Shown: positions 23,290 through 34,510 of the stretch, piece by piece | Layout of the letters: each line of letters opens with the position of its first letter | How positions within the stretch are numbered: the stretch's first letter is position 1 | Assembly (NCBI GenBank): GCA_965153455.1 | Contig: OZ234493.1 | Coordinates: forward strand, 24,356,213 to 24,420,212 | Direction of reading: 5' to 3' | Length of the DNA: 64,000 bases | From: Sphagnum compactum | Taxonomy: Eukaryota | Translations under genes and position numbers: made by a program | Notes under the pieces: model-generated | Databases searched by the model: none | What the model was told of the DNA's origin: nothing | Seen by the model: the letters and a program-made list of their open reading frames with translations, nothing else

Positions 23290-25985
23290 GACCTCCTCCC
23301 CATCGGTAAACTTAGTCTTTCAATCTACTACATACCCACAAATGTTTGTTCAAGTCTAAATTGAAACCCACAAAAGTTATGCAAGTATACAAAACATAGA
23401 AAAGTATGAATTAATAGTTGCAATCACATAAGACGCAAATCAAAAGTGTCACATAAGAAATAAAAGAAAACTATTTACAAGGAGAAAAGTAACAATCATT
23501 ATTTAAAGGAGAAGCCTGTGGCTTAAAGTTTAGCCCTATGATTAAGACAAGATCTGAGAATGATAATCAATGACAGTTTTAAAATACATTAAAAAATGTC
23601 ATAGTAATAGAAGTAACGACAACTGTAAACTTGGTAGACTACCTAGCTCACAAGCGTGTCAATCTATTTTCAATACATTTGCTTCACATTAGACAAGTCT
23701 GCTTTAAGTTCCTCAACTTGAAAAAACCAAAAAAATCCTCAAACCTTTGAACAATAGAAAAAACCTTTAGCGTGAAGAATAATAAAATAACATGCTTCTT
23801 TTTATAGTTTCATGGATTTTATCATCAACCTGATGAATTAATTTTTAAACAAGAAAAAAGTTTGGACATTACCTCTTCATCGCACTCACTCATAAGTTAT
23901 AAACCCAAAGTGTGTCACTGTTGTAAGGATTTTAACTTTGCTTTCATACTATGTGTCAAAGAGGCTTTTAACTGTAGTTGTTCACACTGATGAAGAAGCA
24001 CCCCCAAAAAGAAGATTCATCAAATGTAACACTTGTTGAAAGAACATCAACCCCTCCATTGCTTGAACCACTTGCAAAGGCTCCACTAGAAAAGGAGTTG
24101 TCACCATTTCTTTGAGTTCATATACCTAGATGGTCAATTGACCTAGTAAGCAGATGGTCAATTTTTGAAGCATGAAAATAGAAGGTAAGTAGAACCAAGG
24201 AGTATTGAGCATAGAATATATCACTTCTTCCAAATTTGAGTTTAGTTTATTGGTAATCAAGGACCACACTATTGCAACTCAACTAATGCTTCAAAAGTAA
24301 CAAGGTATGTTAATAAAAGCACATGACTTAACTTCAAGACAACATAATAGGGAACATGACTTGACTAAGAATGATTGGCATAATTGCGATGACCAAAAAT
24401 AATCAAAACCCACCTTCTTTCTAAGATCCACAATAGATTCTTCAATTTCCTTGATTTCAACATCTATTGTCGCCACTAGGTCTTATGTGTGTTTAACAAG
24501 CAAAGTTTTATCTTCAATGGAAAATGTTTCTATGTTTTCTTTAGGTTTTGCACTTGTCCTTTCATTTCTCAATGCTTTCATGATTTGGCCTTCATCCTGG
24601 CCTCTAAGATTTTAGGCAACACAACTTGGGTTAAATGACTTTTTGCTTCAACAAGTTCTTCCTAAAGCCTTTGCACACGGGCTTCACAAATTGCAACTGC
24701 ATGATTGTAGCATCCAAGAGCCACCTTTGGTTTTAGGTCCAGCTAATGTGCAAAAGTTATCTTAAATGCCTATTCAAAGTTTCATGCACATTTAGTTTCA
24801 TACACTCCTGCATCTATCTCACTCATTTGCACTCTAATCTCAATATAGTAGAAGCCAAGTTTTTCATTTGATTAAACTACAACGGGTTTACCAAGATTTG
24901 CCTACAATAGTTTGTAAACATAAATTGGTCTACAAAACACTATAATGTTGAAAGCAAATCAAGAAATTTTGTTTCCTCAAATTCAACAAGAATCCAACAC
25001 TGAATTGTGTGATCCATGGCACCCACCCCCAAATTCTAAATCTGATTTTTAAAATAATATAGACAAGAGGCCACAAAAGTGAAACTTTTTGATGTGCTTC
25101 CTCCATCAGTTGAAGGTCTACACAAAAAATTATCAAACAAGAAAAAGGCAAGGTATATACCAAGTAGGAACCATATGATGCCAATTCACCTTCCTTTTGG
25201 TGCAAATGGGTTTTTAGTTGTTCATAAGTGGTAATAGAAACCATGTTTTTCCCCAAATGGGGGAGTGGAAAGGGAGGTCGTTCACTAGAGCTAAACCTTT
25301 CACCTCTCCCGGCGCTCTAGTGTGGCATCTAGAGAGCTTGCAAATAGAAGCTTTCTTCCATGTTGCCTTGATTACTCATACTTGGCCACTGCATGTTGTG
25401 GCTCATTTCTGTACTTGTTTCTCCCCATAATGAACCACAAAGATAAATATACAAAAAAAAAATCACCCAATGTTGATACATCATCACAAAAAACGTTCAT
25501 TCAATGTACATGGATCTCTTAGACCTATTCTACAAAGTTCACAACCATTAAACCCTAGCAAAGGATGGAAATGTCACCCAAGTTTCAATCTTTGCTTCAA
25601 CCCCCTTAAAAGCACATGAGCAAGTTTCTTCTACTTTCTTTCAATTGAAGGCATGCCAACAAAAAATACTTACATGAAGAAATCAAATCACACACACATA
25701 ACCGCAAAAGATATGCAATTCTAATTAAGGAAAGGCCTCCTAAAATCATTTAGCCTACTGGAAAAGTCCATAGTGATTGAAAAAGAAGTGTGCTTTATGG
25801 GACTTGTTCCAAAGCTTCTTTGCGAGCTTTTTCCTCCTTGATATCATGCTTATATTATCACGTCATAGTTGCAATTTCTTCATCAAGTTGTCTGGCTTGA
25901 CCTTTTTGAGTGACAGCAATTTTAGTCATAGCAAGATATTCTTGTTGATTTTTTTATGTTTGTTGTTTCTCCTTCTCCAATGATC
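23290..25985 (-). pseudogene. GC5: Decayed 3' half of golgin candidate 5 (GC5/TMF-like); exon remnants ~25985-25804, ~25430-25161, ~23990-23873, 23717-23643, 23324-~23290
   Basis: SLEKEKQQT*KNQQEYLA...GQARQLDEEI; GNMEESFYLQA(S)LD; TTYEQLKTHLHQKEGELASY; QCEQLQLKASL...LKSLQQ*HTLGL*LMSECDEE; VEELKADLSNVKQMY*K*IDTLVS; IERLS. These are collinear with the plant GC5 C-terminus (RQKEGELASY...LMGERDEELEELRADI). Introns are retained with GT donors. Confidence 0.82.
24060..24769 (-). pseudogene. NASP/SIM3-like (SHNi-TPR histone chaperone) exon remnants, nested inside the GC5 remnant; exons 24769-24414 and 24125-~24060
   Basis: AFKITFAH*LDLKPKVALGCYNHAVAICEARVQRL*EE...DVEIKEIEESIVDLRKK|VYELKEMVTTP resembles plant NASP (FRICLCLEIGSKP.EA..YC.KAIS.CKSRVQRL...EIE.L..L..ELEKK|LEDL). 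The segments are flanked by AG/GT sites. Confidence 0.6.
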
Positions 25986-27792
25986 ATAAGAGCGAGAGAT
26001 AATGTGTACACATGAGCAAAAGAAAATGTGAGACAAGACTTGTGCAAGAAGATGAAGATTAGGGTTTTTTTATTAGGGTTTTCACATTACGCATCTCGAT
26101 CATTGTAGGACAAGGATTAGGGATTATTAGATTAGGTGCTTTTTTGTATTAAAAAAATTAGGGTGCACAAATATACATGGCTTGAAGCCATAGACTCTAG
26201 ATAAATCTAGAGAATTTAAAATCATTGACCTGATACGCATCCGTGGAAACATGCAAGCAAACAACAAATTTATTCTTGGTAGAAAATCAACCCCAACTCA
26301 ATGAATTTTTATTTAAGATGCTAGCTTGTTCCAAATTACACAAGACAAAATCAATTTACACAAATCAAATATCACCTTCATTTTACTCCAAAAATGCTCC
26401 AACAATTTGGAGAAGTTCCATATCTTTCTATCCCTTTTGTGAAAATGACAAAATGAAAAGGAAATTAAATAAAAGAAACCAGAAGAGAAAAGTGGATATA
26501 TATATATATATATACACACATATATATAGTCCAATAAAGTCTAGATTTTTTAATTTTTATTTTTATTAGAAAAAAAAAATTTCAAAAAACTTTAGAAACC
26601 ATCTTGGTTGATGAAAAGAAAATCCATGTCTTCATCTTGAAGAACATACATCATTTAGATAATCAAAAAATGTTTTGGGCTAATTCACAATGTTATGAAC
26701 AACCAAATAAGTTAGTAATACCTTTTATGAACTAAATTCCTAACTCAATGAAAGATGAATCAAGTAGAATTACATAAACTAAAATTTCCAAATTAAAACA
26801 AGATTATGTTCAAAATAAAGAATAAAAAGAAAACCTTGCAAAACAAGAGAAATAAAAGATAAAAGCAAATTTCCAATAAAGAAAAAAGTTCATGAAGATA
26901 CATGCATCATTTTTGCTTCTATCATTTGCAAGGAAAGTTTTTTTAGTTTCATTCATTTCATCAATTTGCAAGAGGTTTGTAGCTTCACCTAGCCCTATCC
27001 CATCATAATCACAAATGAGAAATCAATGGGAGCACGGGGGAATGTCAAGCTTCTTTAGCACCAACACACATGTTCAATTATTGCAATCATACAATTTCAC
27101 GAATCAAAAAATTTCATGAATTAAACAAGGACTTGCACAAATTTTCAATGTACCTTTTTGCACCAAGCTACCCTTCCATTTTGCATATTTATGTAAAATT
27201 TACATGATTGTTGGATGCCATCTCCTCTTCAATACAAAAACAAAGATCCAACCTAATACGTTGATTGCCAAGATTGACTTGTTGGGTAATGCCTTGCTTG
27301 TTTTGGAACCACAAAGAGCAACAATGGGTGTGCTGAAAATAACTTTTCCACTCACCCAATCTGAACACAAGAATGTGATTGTCCTCTTTTACTCACAAGA
27401 GCTCAACTTCATAGTAGTCAACCTCCTTCAAAGACACCACTCCACTTCAAGCAAACAGCCCCCCATAGGAGATAACAAAATCTAGTAGTGGACACTTTGA
27501 AAGTACTCTCCAACTTGAAATTTTTCTCAAATGAAGGTGGTACCTCTCCAAAGATGGAAGCGCCTTTTCTCTCTTTTCAAGATCTCTTGGAAAATAATGG
27601 CTAACAAGGAAGATGGGTAGCACTTCAAAACTTGGAGTGATGATGCATAAATGACTTGTGCCTTCACTAATGGCTTTTATTGGTATGTATCAATCATTTG
27701 TCATCAAAAAATTGTTTAATGGAATTAAGAGGTACCACCAAACCCATAACTAGATTGAATTTTTTGGTAAAATTCGTACATAAGAATATATA

Positions 27793-27797
<5 letters not shown>

Positions 27798-27832
<35 letters not shown>
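27798..27832. repeat. (GA)n microsatellite (others at about 30567-30608 and 31074-31116)
   Basis: Direct inspection. Confidence 0.95.
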
Positions 27833-27836
<4 letters not shown>

Positions 27837-29383
27837 CTCTACAATAGATTCCATAGTTTTACATTGTATAGTCCCTCCAAAAATATCACTAGAAAAGAAA
27901 TGTGGGTGTTCAGTCCCCAGTTGGATGCAATGCTGGAGAATCACAAGGACACAAAGTGGACAAGGTACTCAATTTCAATGTCCAAGACTCAGTTCTGGAA
28001 GAAAGGATCACTAGGTGCTAGAGTCATCCTTCAAGTGGTCACTCATATCACACCAAGTTTGCATCTCTGAAAATTCCTTGAATTGATGATGTAAGTAGTA
28101 ATCTTTCTTCTTCCTCTTCATGTTCCTACTTCATCAAGTGTGTTTTCCACTCTGTTTTTGATGTTGGATTGATCTGTTTGTTTTGATGTTGTTCACGCTG
28201 TGCGCCAAAGACTAAATTGCTCTAACCAACCAACTCACTCTTCTGCCATTATGAATGACAAAATGACACTCTCTGAGAGATGGGTAGTTTCCCACCCATG
28301 ACTATCTGATCAGACAACCTGACAGCCCCATCATCATCATCATTGTAGAACACATAACCTCATTCATGATGGCATATGTGGATTGCTCTTCTTGTTGTTT
28401 TGACTGGATTTGATCTCAGCTGTCTGAGGGTGACCAGATTTGATCTTGGCTGTTTGTGGGCAAACAGCAATTAGTTAGTTCAACTGTGCTCCTTGCCTCC
28501 AATAGAAGGCATTCCTGCAGCAATGTACGGTGAAGTACCAGTGTCATACCATCTCTACTATCAAGTCTAACTTTTGCTTGAATCTCTTGTCATTCAGATG
28601 TGTGCTTCATCTATGTATGGAGTTTTTTCAGCTGTAAGAGGCTTGTGGGTGAATGGATCTTAGTCTTGTGGGTGATGACACTGGTAGAAATATTCTGCCA
28701 GAATTTGTCATCATCAGACTCTGCTGCTTCGTAAGTAGGGTGTGGAGGAGTATGAGAAAGTTGACACAAAGATGAATATATCACCTCTCTGGTGCCAAAG
28801 ACAACCCTGGAACCTGCATTGGAGAGAGAAAGAGAGGTATTTTGGTCATGTTCTCTTAGTTTTCACAACTCCTCCCCGTCGATTTACAATAAACACTAGT
28901 TTGCAACCAGCGAGATTCCCAACAGAAAAAAGTTAACCTGAAGACTCAGTTCCATGCCTACAAAAAGGCTATTTGCATGATTTTGAGGCAGGAAACAAAT
29001 GGGTGACAGTGGGCACAATCTGAGCATTTGTGTAAAATAAATCTGTTCAATCCCAATCCGCATTTGATAGTAGAGACATCAACCTCTGGGAAGAGACTGC
29101 AGTAAGTGACAAGGGAGAAATTCACAATAGGTGCAGCTGATCAATGACATCGCATCACATTGAACAATAGGAATTGTTGAAACATCACATGGGTCTTGGA
29201 GTTTGCACTGTGGCAGATGAAATAGTCCTTAACTAGACAGTTTCACAGAGCTCCCTGAACTGTCCCTGTCCCCTCTGCCATGGAACTGAGCACCGAAAAC
29301 AAGTGGTACAACAACAACAAAGGCTCCTACTCCAAAAATTTCATCGAAGGAAGAAAGGGCACACTATCCAGAAAGCCTGTCTT

Positions 29384-30190
29384 TTACCTCTCCGGAATCC
29401 CGAGATTCACAAGCTCCTCCAGCTTCACATCAATTTCATGCGCTGCCAAGCCATCCAGTGGCACACTGCGCTCCACCCCATAATCTGGAAAAAAAAACCC
29501 AACGACCTCATTGGCTGGCTATTATGACCCTTCTACTACACTCAAAGGAGGAAAAAATAGAAACCCCCACACACAAAACAAAGGATGATGCATGAGTGAA
29601 GAAGAAGAAAAACCAAGGAACAAGGGTACCCTGATATCTATTGTGTGTATGGACTGACCATAGCGTGCCCAAAGACGAGGTTGCACACCGCTGCACTCAC
29701 GGATCAAAAGGGGAAGTGTTGGATTTAGTGCCTTCAGATCCACATAGTTGCGGGTGATGAACTCCCTGTCTCTCGATACAATACATACCCAAAAAGAAAA
29801 CATCTCACATTCAGATGGAACATTTCCATACAAGAAAAACCAGAATTCCAGTATATTCTTGTTGGGAATCTCAAATCATACTTATACAGGAAGTCTACAT
29901 AAGAAAAACCATCCAGATATTCTTTCTTCTTCATTGGCACATATACTTTCTGTAGAAACAAAAAACCAAAAGCATAGATTTCAGCATATATCCTAGACAA
30001 CAAGCATAGCATAGCATAGCATAGCATAGGATGTCTGCCTGCTGAAATCCCCATCAATTCTGATCAAATCCCAGAGTTTTGCACATTGAAATTCTTCTGC
30101 AAACCATTCACAGACATGATGGTGATGGTGATGGTGATCAGAGCTTCTGATAATCCAAATGCTCTTGTGTATTTGAAGACGGAAACTTGT

Positions 30191-30227
<37 letters not shown>

Positions 30228-30417
30228 CAACACTTTGTTGTGGGCATCATGGTGTTGTTGTGTTCAGCAAGGATTGTTTTCTTGTCCAAACCAAGACAAG
30301 GTGGAGGTGGCAGGAGGAGGAGGAGGAGTACCGTGTGGCGGTGCTGGAAGGCGAGGTCTGACAAAGATGGATACGAAGCTCCTGGAAGGCATGAGAAAGC
30401 TTTGATCTCCACGACAT
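29384..30417 (-). CDS. NDUFA2: NADH dehydrogenase (complex I) 1 alpha subcomplex subunit 2 / B8; exons 30417-30332, 29765-29659, 29484-29384 (97 aa)
   Basis: [93 protein letters not shown] introns with consistent phases. Confidence 0.95.
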
Positions 30418-30563
30418 GGCTCCTGTTCTTGCTCCGCTCTCTCCTCACCTCTCCTCTTGTCTTCTCTCCTCTTGTCTTGTCTTCTCCCTCCTGTTGCTGC
30501 TGCCGATCTGCCCTTTGTGATTGATACCAGCACCAGCAGCAACAAAAAACCTAGGGCATACAA

Positions 30564-30614
<51 letters not shown>

Positions 30615-31070
30615 GTCCAGAAGAACGAAATACAAGAGATAAGACTCAAAGAGTACCGACCCACAAGCAAAAATCGGAAACCCAACACACTCCTGACCCC
30701 CACAACCAGAAATCCGAAGAATCAAACAACGCACAAAACAGAAATCCCAAACCCTAAACGCTCCAAAAAGAGTGGGAATGAATCCGCTGGCGCTCCTCCA
30801 CCGTTTCTTCTGCTTCTTCTGGGTTCCTAAAACTCTACGCCCTCGCCACCAAGATTATGATTGCCACGGCCCACCCACTCCTACATTCCATGATTGCTGC
30901 AGATGTTGTTGTTCCAGGTTTGATTTGCAGATAGGTTTTGTAGTTCTGCGGAGAGAACCCAAGGAGAGGAGGAGGAGGAGGAGTCTTTCTTCTTCATTGG
31001 AGCCAGAGCTTTGATGTGGGTTGTGATACAGATTTTTTTCTTTCTTTCTCCTCCAGATTGATTTTTGCTT

Positions 31071-31128
<58 letters not shown>

Positions 31129-31235
31129 CAGCAGCAGCAGCAATAAGTCCCAGAGAGAAAATCTAATCCAGGGAAAAGCAAGAAGCAAGAGAAGAAAAAC
31201 AGCAACAGAGACTGGGGGTTGGAGTATAGAGAGAG
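30418..31235. promoter_or_regulatory. Shared divergent promoter/5' UTR region of NDUFA2 and BLOS1
   Basis: About 820 bp separate the opposing ATGs. The region contains GA microsatellites on both sides and a telobox-like aaaccctaa at ~30749. Confidence 0.55.
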
Positions 31236-32822
31236 ATGGAAGAAGGTTTGGAAGCATCCTTTGCCAACATGATGCAACAACATGCTCATCATTCTGCTCA
31301 TCTTCGAGACCGTGTTCGTATGTCCCCTCCTCCTCCTCCTCCTGCTGTTCTCTTTCTTTCATTCCTAAAGCTCCCACCTTCTACCTGTTTTGCAAATGTG
31401 TTTTCTGCAACTCTGGTATGCTGACTCTTGACGACCAAGTTTTCTGTTTGCTCTTCAATCTTATATGCCTTTCTTCTCTCCCAACAAACTCCTTGGTCCC
31501 CTGTTCCAAGCTCCATGCAAGAGGGATGCAAGATTGAAGTGAGGTTTTGCAAGCTCCAGATTAGGGTTTGAGGATTGAGGATGCTTAACCCTGTGAGTTT
31601 TTTTGGTTTGTTTTGTGGCTGGAGGTTATGTTGATCAAGGATTGACTTCATAGGTTGATTGCAATTCTTCTGTTTTGGGCATCCAAGACAGAGGATGCAA
31701 GATTAATGTGAGGTTTTGCAAGCTCCAGATTAGGGGTTGGGGATGTTTCACCCCGTGAGTTTTTTTTGGGGGGGTTTGTTTTGTGGCTAGAGGTTATGTT
31801 GATCACAGATTGGTTTCACAGATCGCTTGCAATTCTTCTGTTTTGGGCATCCAAGACAAAGGGATGCAAGATTGATTGATGTGAGGTTTTGCAAGCTCCA
31901 GATTTGGGTTTGAGGATGTCAGTATTATTATTATTTTTTTGGGGGTTTGTTTGTGGCTGGAGGTTATGTTGATTGAGATTGATTTCACAGATTGATTGAG
32001 ATTCTTCTATTTTGGGCATCCAACACAGAGATGTCAAAGAAAGCGGCATTGGAGGCAGCAGCAGTAGTGTCGGATTTGCTGGTGGAGAGCATCAATGGTG
32101 GTGTTCAAGAAGTGTTTGTTAATGAGAAGCAAATTGAGATGGAAGCTCGATCCATGAGCGTCACAGTGCAACGATTCTCCAAGCAAACTTCTCAGTGGCT
32201 CAATGTTATCCACACTTTTGATTCTGCTCTCAAGGTCAGCAGCACACAATTCTCCTCCTACCATTTGTATTCCTTTTCCTCCTCTCTCTATCTCTCTTTC
32301 TCTCTCCCCTAGTCTGTGTTCTTTCTGCTGCCAAATAGTTCTTCAAGACTCTTTCTTTGGGATATGGGTTTCTTCATGGATTTCTTCAGGTTTTTCATTT
32401 GTGTTTTGTACTGTTCTCTTCAGGATCTATGTTTTACTGATTGCATTCGAATACGGTTTCTTTGTGGATTTCTTCAGGGTTTCATTTCTTTTGTGTTCTT
32501 TTTTCCTGATATCTTCAGGAATATGATTTCTTCATGGATTTCTTCCTTGAGGGTTATTCTTTTTTTTTGTTTTTGACTGATATATTCAGGATATGGTCTC
32601 TTCTTCATGGATTTCTTCAGGTTTTTTATTTTCTAATTTTTTGACTGATTTCTTTAGGATATGTTTTACTGATTTCTTCAGGGTTTCAATAAATTGCAGG
32701 AGATTGGTGATTTTGAGAACTGGATAAAAGTTATGGAGTATGACTGTAAAAAGATCGCAGGGACATTGAGAAGCATATCAGAATCGAGCAGAGAGCAGCA
32801 GCATACAAAGGCTTCTTCATAA
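31236..32822 (+). CDS. BLOS1: BLOC-1 subunit 1 / GCN5L1; exons 31236-31317, 32029-32234, 32700-32822 (136 aa)
   Basis: ...KKAALEAAAVVSDLLVESINGGVQEVFVNEKQIEMEARSM...RFSKQTSQWL...FDSALK|EIGDFENWIKVMEYDCKKI matches the GCN5L1 family. Intron phases are consistent. Confidence 0.95.
31505..32030 (+). repeat. Three tandem ~170-bp repeats in BLOS1 intron 1
   Basis: g(a/g)ggatgcaagatt...gtgaggttttgcaagctccagatt...ggaggttatgttgat...ttttgggcatccaa starts at about 31521, 31691 and 31861. Confidence 0.9.
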
Positions 32823-33289
32823 AGCGGCTTCAGGTTTGTCTTCCATCAAGTGCATCTTGAGCTCACTTTTGTATTGGTTTCATTTATACACATATCTATT
32901 TCTCTCATCCCCAAGGGAAAGAAAAATGGTCACTTGTTGCTGCTGCTGCTTTGCTGCTACCATTGATTGGTTCTTGGTGGTCCCCTTTGTTGAGAGACCA
33001 ACCATTTCATCTCTGTTATCTTTTCCTCTTATGGTCATTTTCATGTGTCATGATGCATATCATCAGCAAAATTACATATATGAGAGAACTCAAAGCTAGG
33101 ACCGTTCACATGTGATCAATTAACCTAATGACCGAAATATCAATTAACATATCTGCAAAATGCAGGAGTCTTAAAAGGATGGATATGAGTGTATTTTCTC
33201 ATACTCCATGAGCAAGTTGCCATCTTACTTTTGTGATATATAAATTGCAGGATATGATCCCTAGCACGCCGATTGCTGAAGAAGTGCTT

Positions 33290-33722
33290 AAAACCCATAA
33301 CCAGAATTGATAGTTTCTGAAGACAACCTGCCAACCTAGGAGCTTCAGCTTTCAAAACCCATGATGAGATTGATAGTTTCTGAAGACAACCTGCCAACCT
33401 AGGAGCTTCAGCTTTCAAAACCCATGATGAGATTGATAGTTTCTGAAGACAACCTGCGAATCTGGGAGCTTCAGCTTTCAAAACCTGCTACCAGATTGAT
33501 AGTTTCTGAAGACAACCTGCGAATTTGGGAGCTTCAGCTTTCAAAACCTGCTACCAGATTGATAGTTTCTGAAGACAACCTGCGAATCTGGGAGCTTCAG
33601 CTTTCAAAACCTGCAACCAGATTGATAGTTTCTGAAGACAACCTGCCAACCTAGGAGCTTCAGCTTTCAAAACCCACAACTGGATTGATAGTTTCTGAAG
33701 ACAACCTGCAAACTTTGGAGCT
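33290..33722. repeat. 63-bp minisatellite, 7 copies
   Basis: ttgatagtttctgaagacaacctgc starts at 33307, 33370, 33433, 33496, 33559, 33622 and 33685 (exact 63-bp period). Confidence 0.97.
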
Positions 33723-34510
33723 ACTGGAATTTAGGTGTGCAGGCCACTTCTGCTTTCATAACAAAGCAGACGGAGATAATACTCATTTGGAAAAAGCATC
33801 CCACCCATTTGTTGTTTTTGCAATTTTTGTGAAGATTACAAACAGCAGAGTCAATACTATAATTGGTTCTTCTCAGTGTCTCTAGTGTCATACAAAGAGT
33901 TACTATGAAGTAATTCTAAGGTGCTACTGAACTCTCTCCTATTGCAATTGGATGGATTTCCACTTGCGTGAATGGACATATTAAACATATGGTCCCGCAC
34001 ACTAACCCAATCATCTGTTATGTTTCAGAAGATGAGGCAAGTTTGCCTAATTTTTATGTGGTAGTTGTTTTACGCTTTTGAATCCCTGACGTCCAGTCAG
34101 TTGGGTTGCTGGATCAAAGGGGAAAAAACTTACCAATGCAGAAGGATTTGGGATCTAACATTGTTTGAGGAAAGTAGTTGCAATTGAATGTCTCTCTCTT
34201 GATGAGCAGGGAGAAAGTCTCTTGGTCCCTTTCAAGGGGAGAAAGTCTTGGGCCCCGCTCTTCAAGGGTTTTGAATGGAGATAGCTTGGAATCAGGCCAT
34301 TCTTCCTCCCTGAAGCAATTCTAGATCCCCAGTCCCTTCACTTATGATTGTGTCCCCCAGATAGTTTACAGCCTGCAACTACAACAATGGAGGTCAATCT
34401 GATCGTATTCTTGAGAAGACCCAAAGACTGGCCGTTGACAGGAAGTTACAACCTGGAGTAATACTACTGCATTTCCTAGCAATGAGTCAGGGTGGATACA
34501 GAGCTTTGGA

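Noticed and set aside
28673-28716. Small hairpin beginning with a C-box-like tgatga
   Set aside because: There is no properly placed D box and the stem is short; insufficient for a snoRNA or miRNA call.
29993-31651. Multiple 100-170 aa ORFs with ERERER/SLSLSL runs
   Set aside because: They are products of GA microsatellites in the NDUFA2/BLOS1 promoter, UTRs and introns.
33290-33722. Regularly spaced repeats resembling a CRISPR array
   Set aside because: The units are contiguous tandem copies with no unique spacers; the context is eukaryotic and there are no cas genes.
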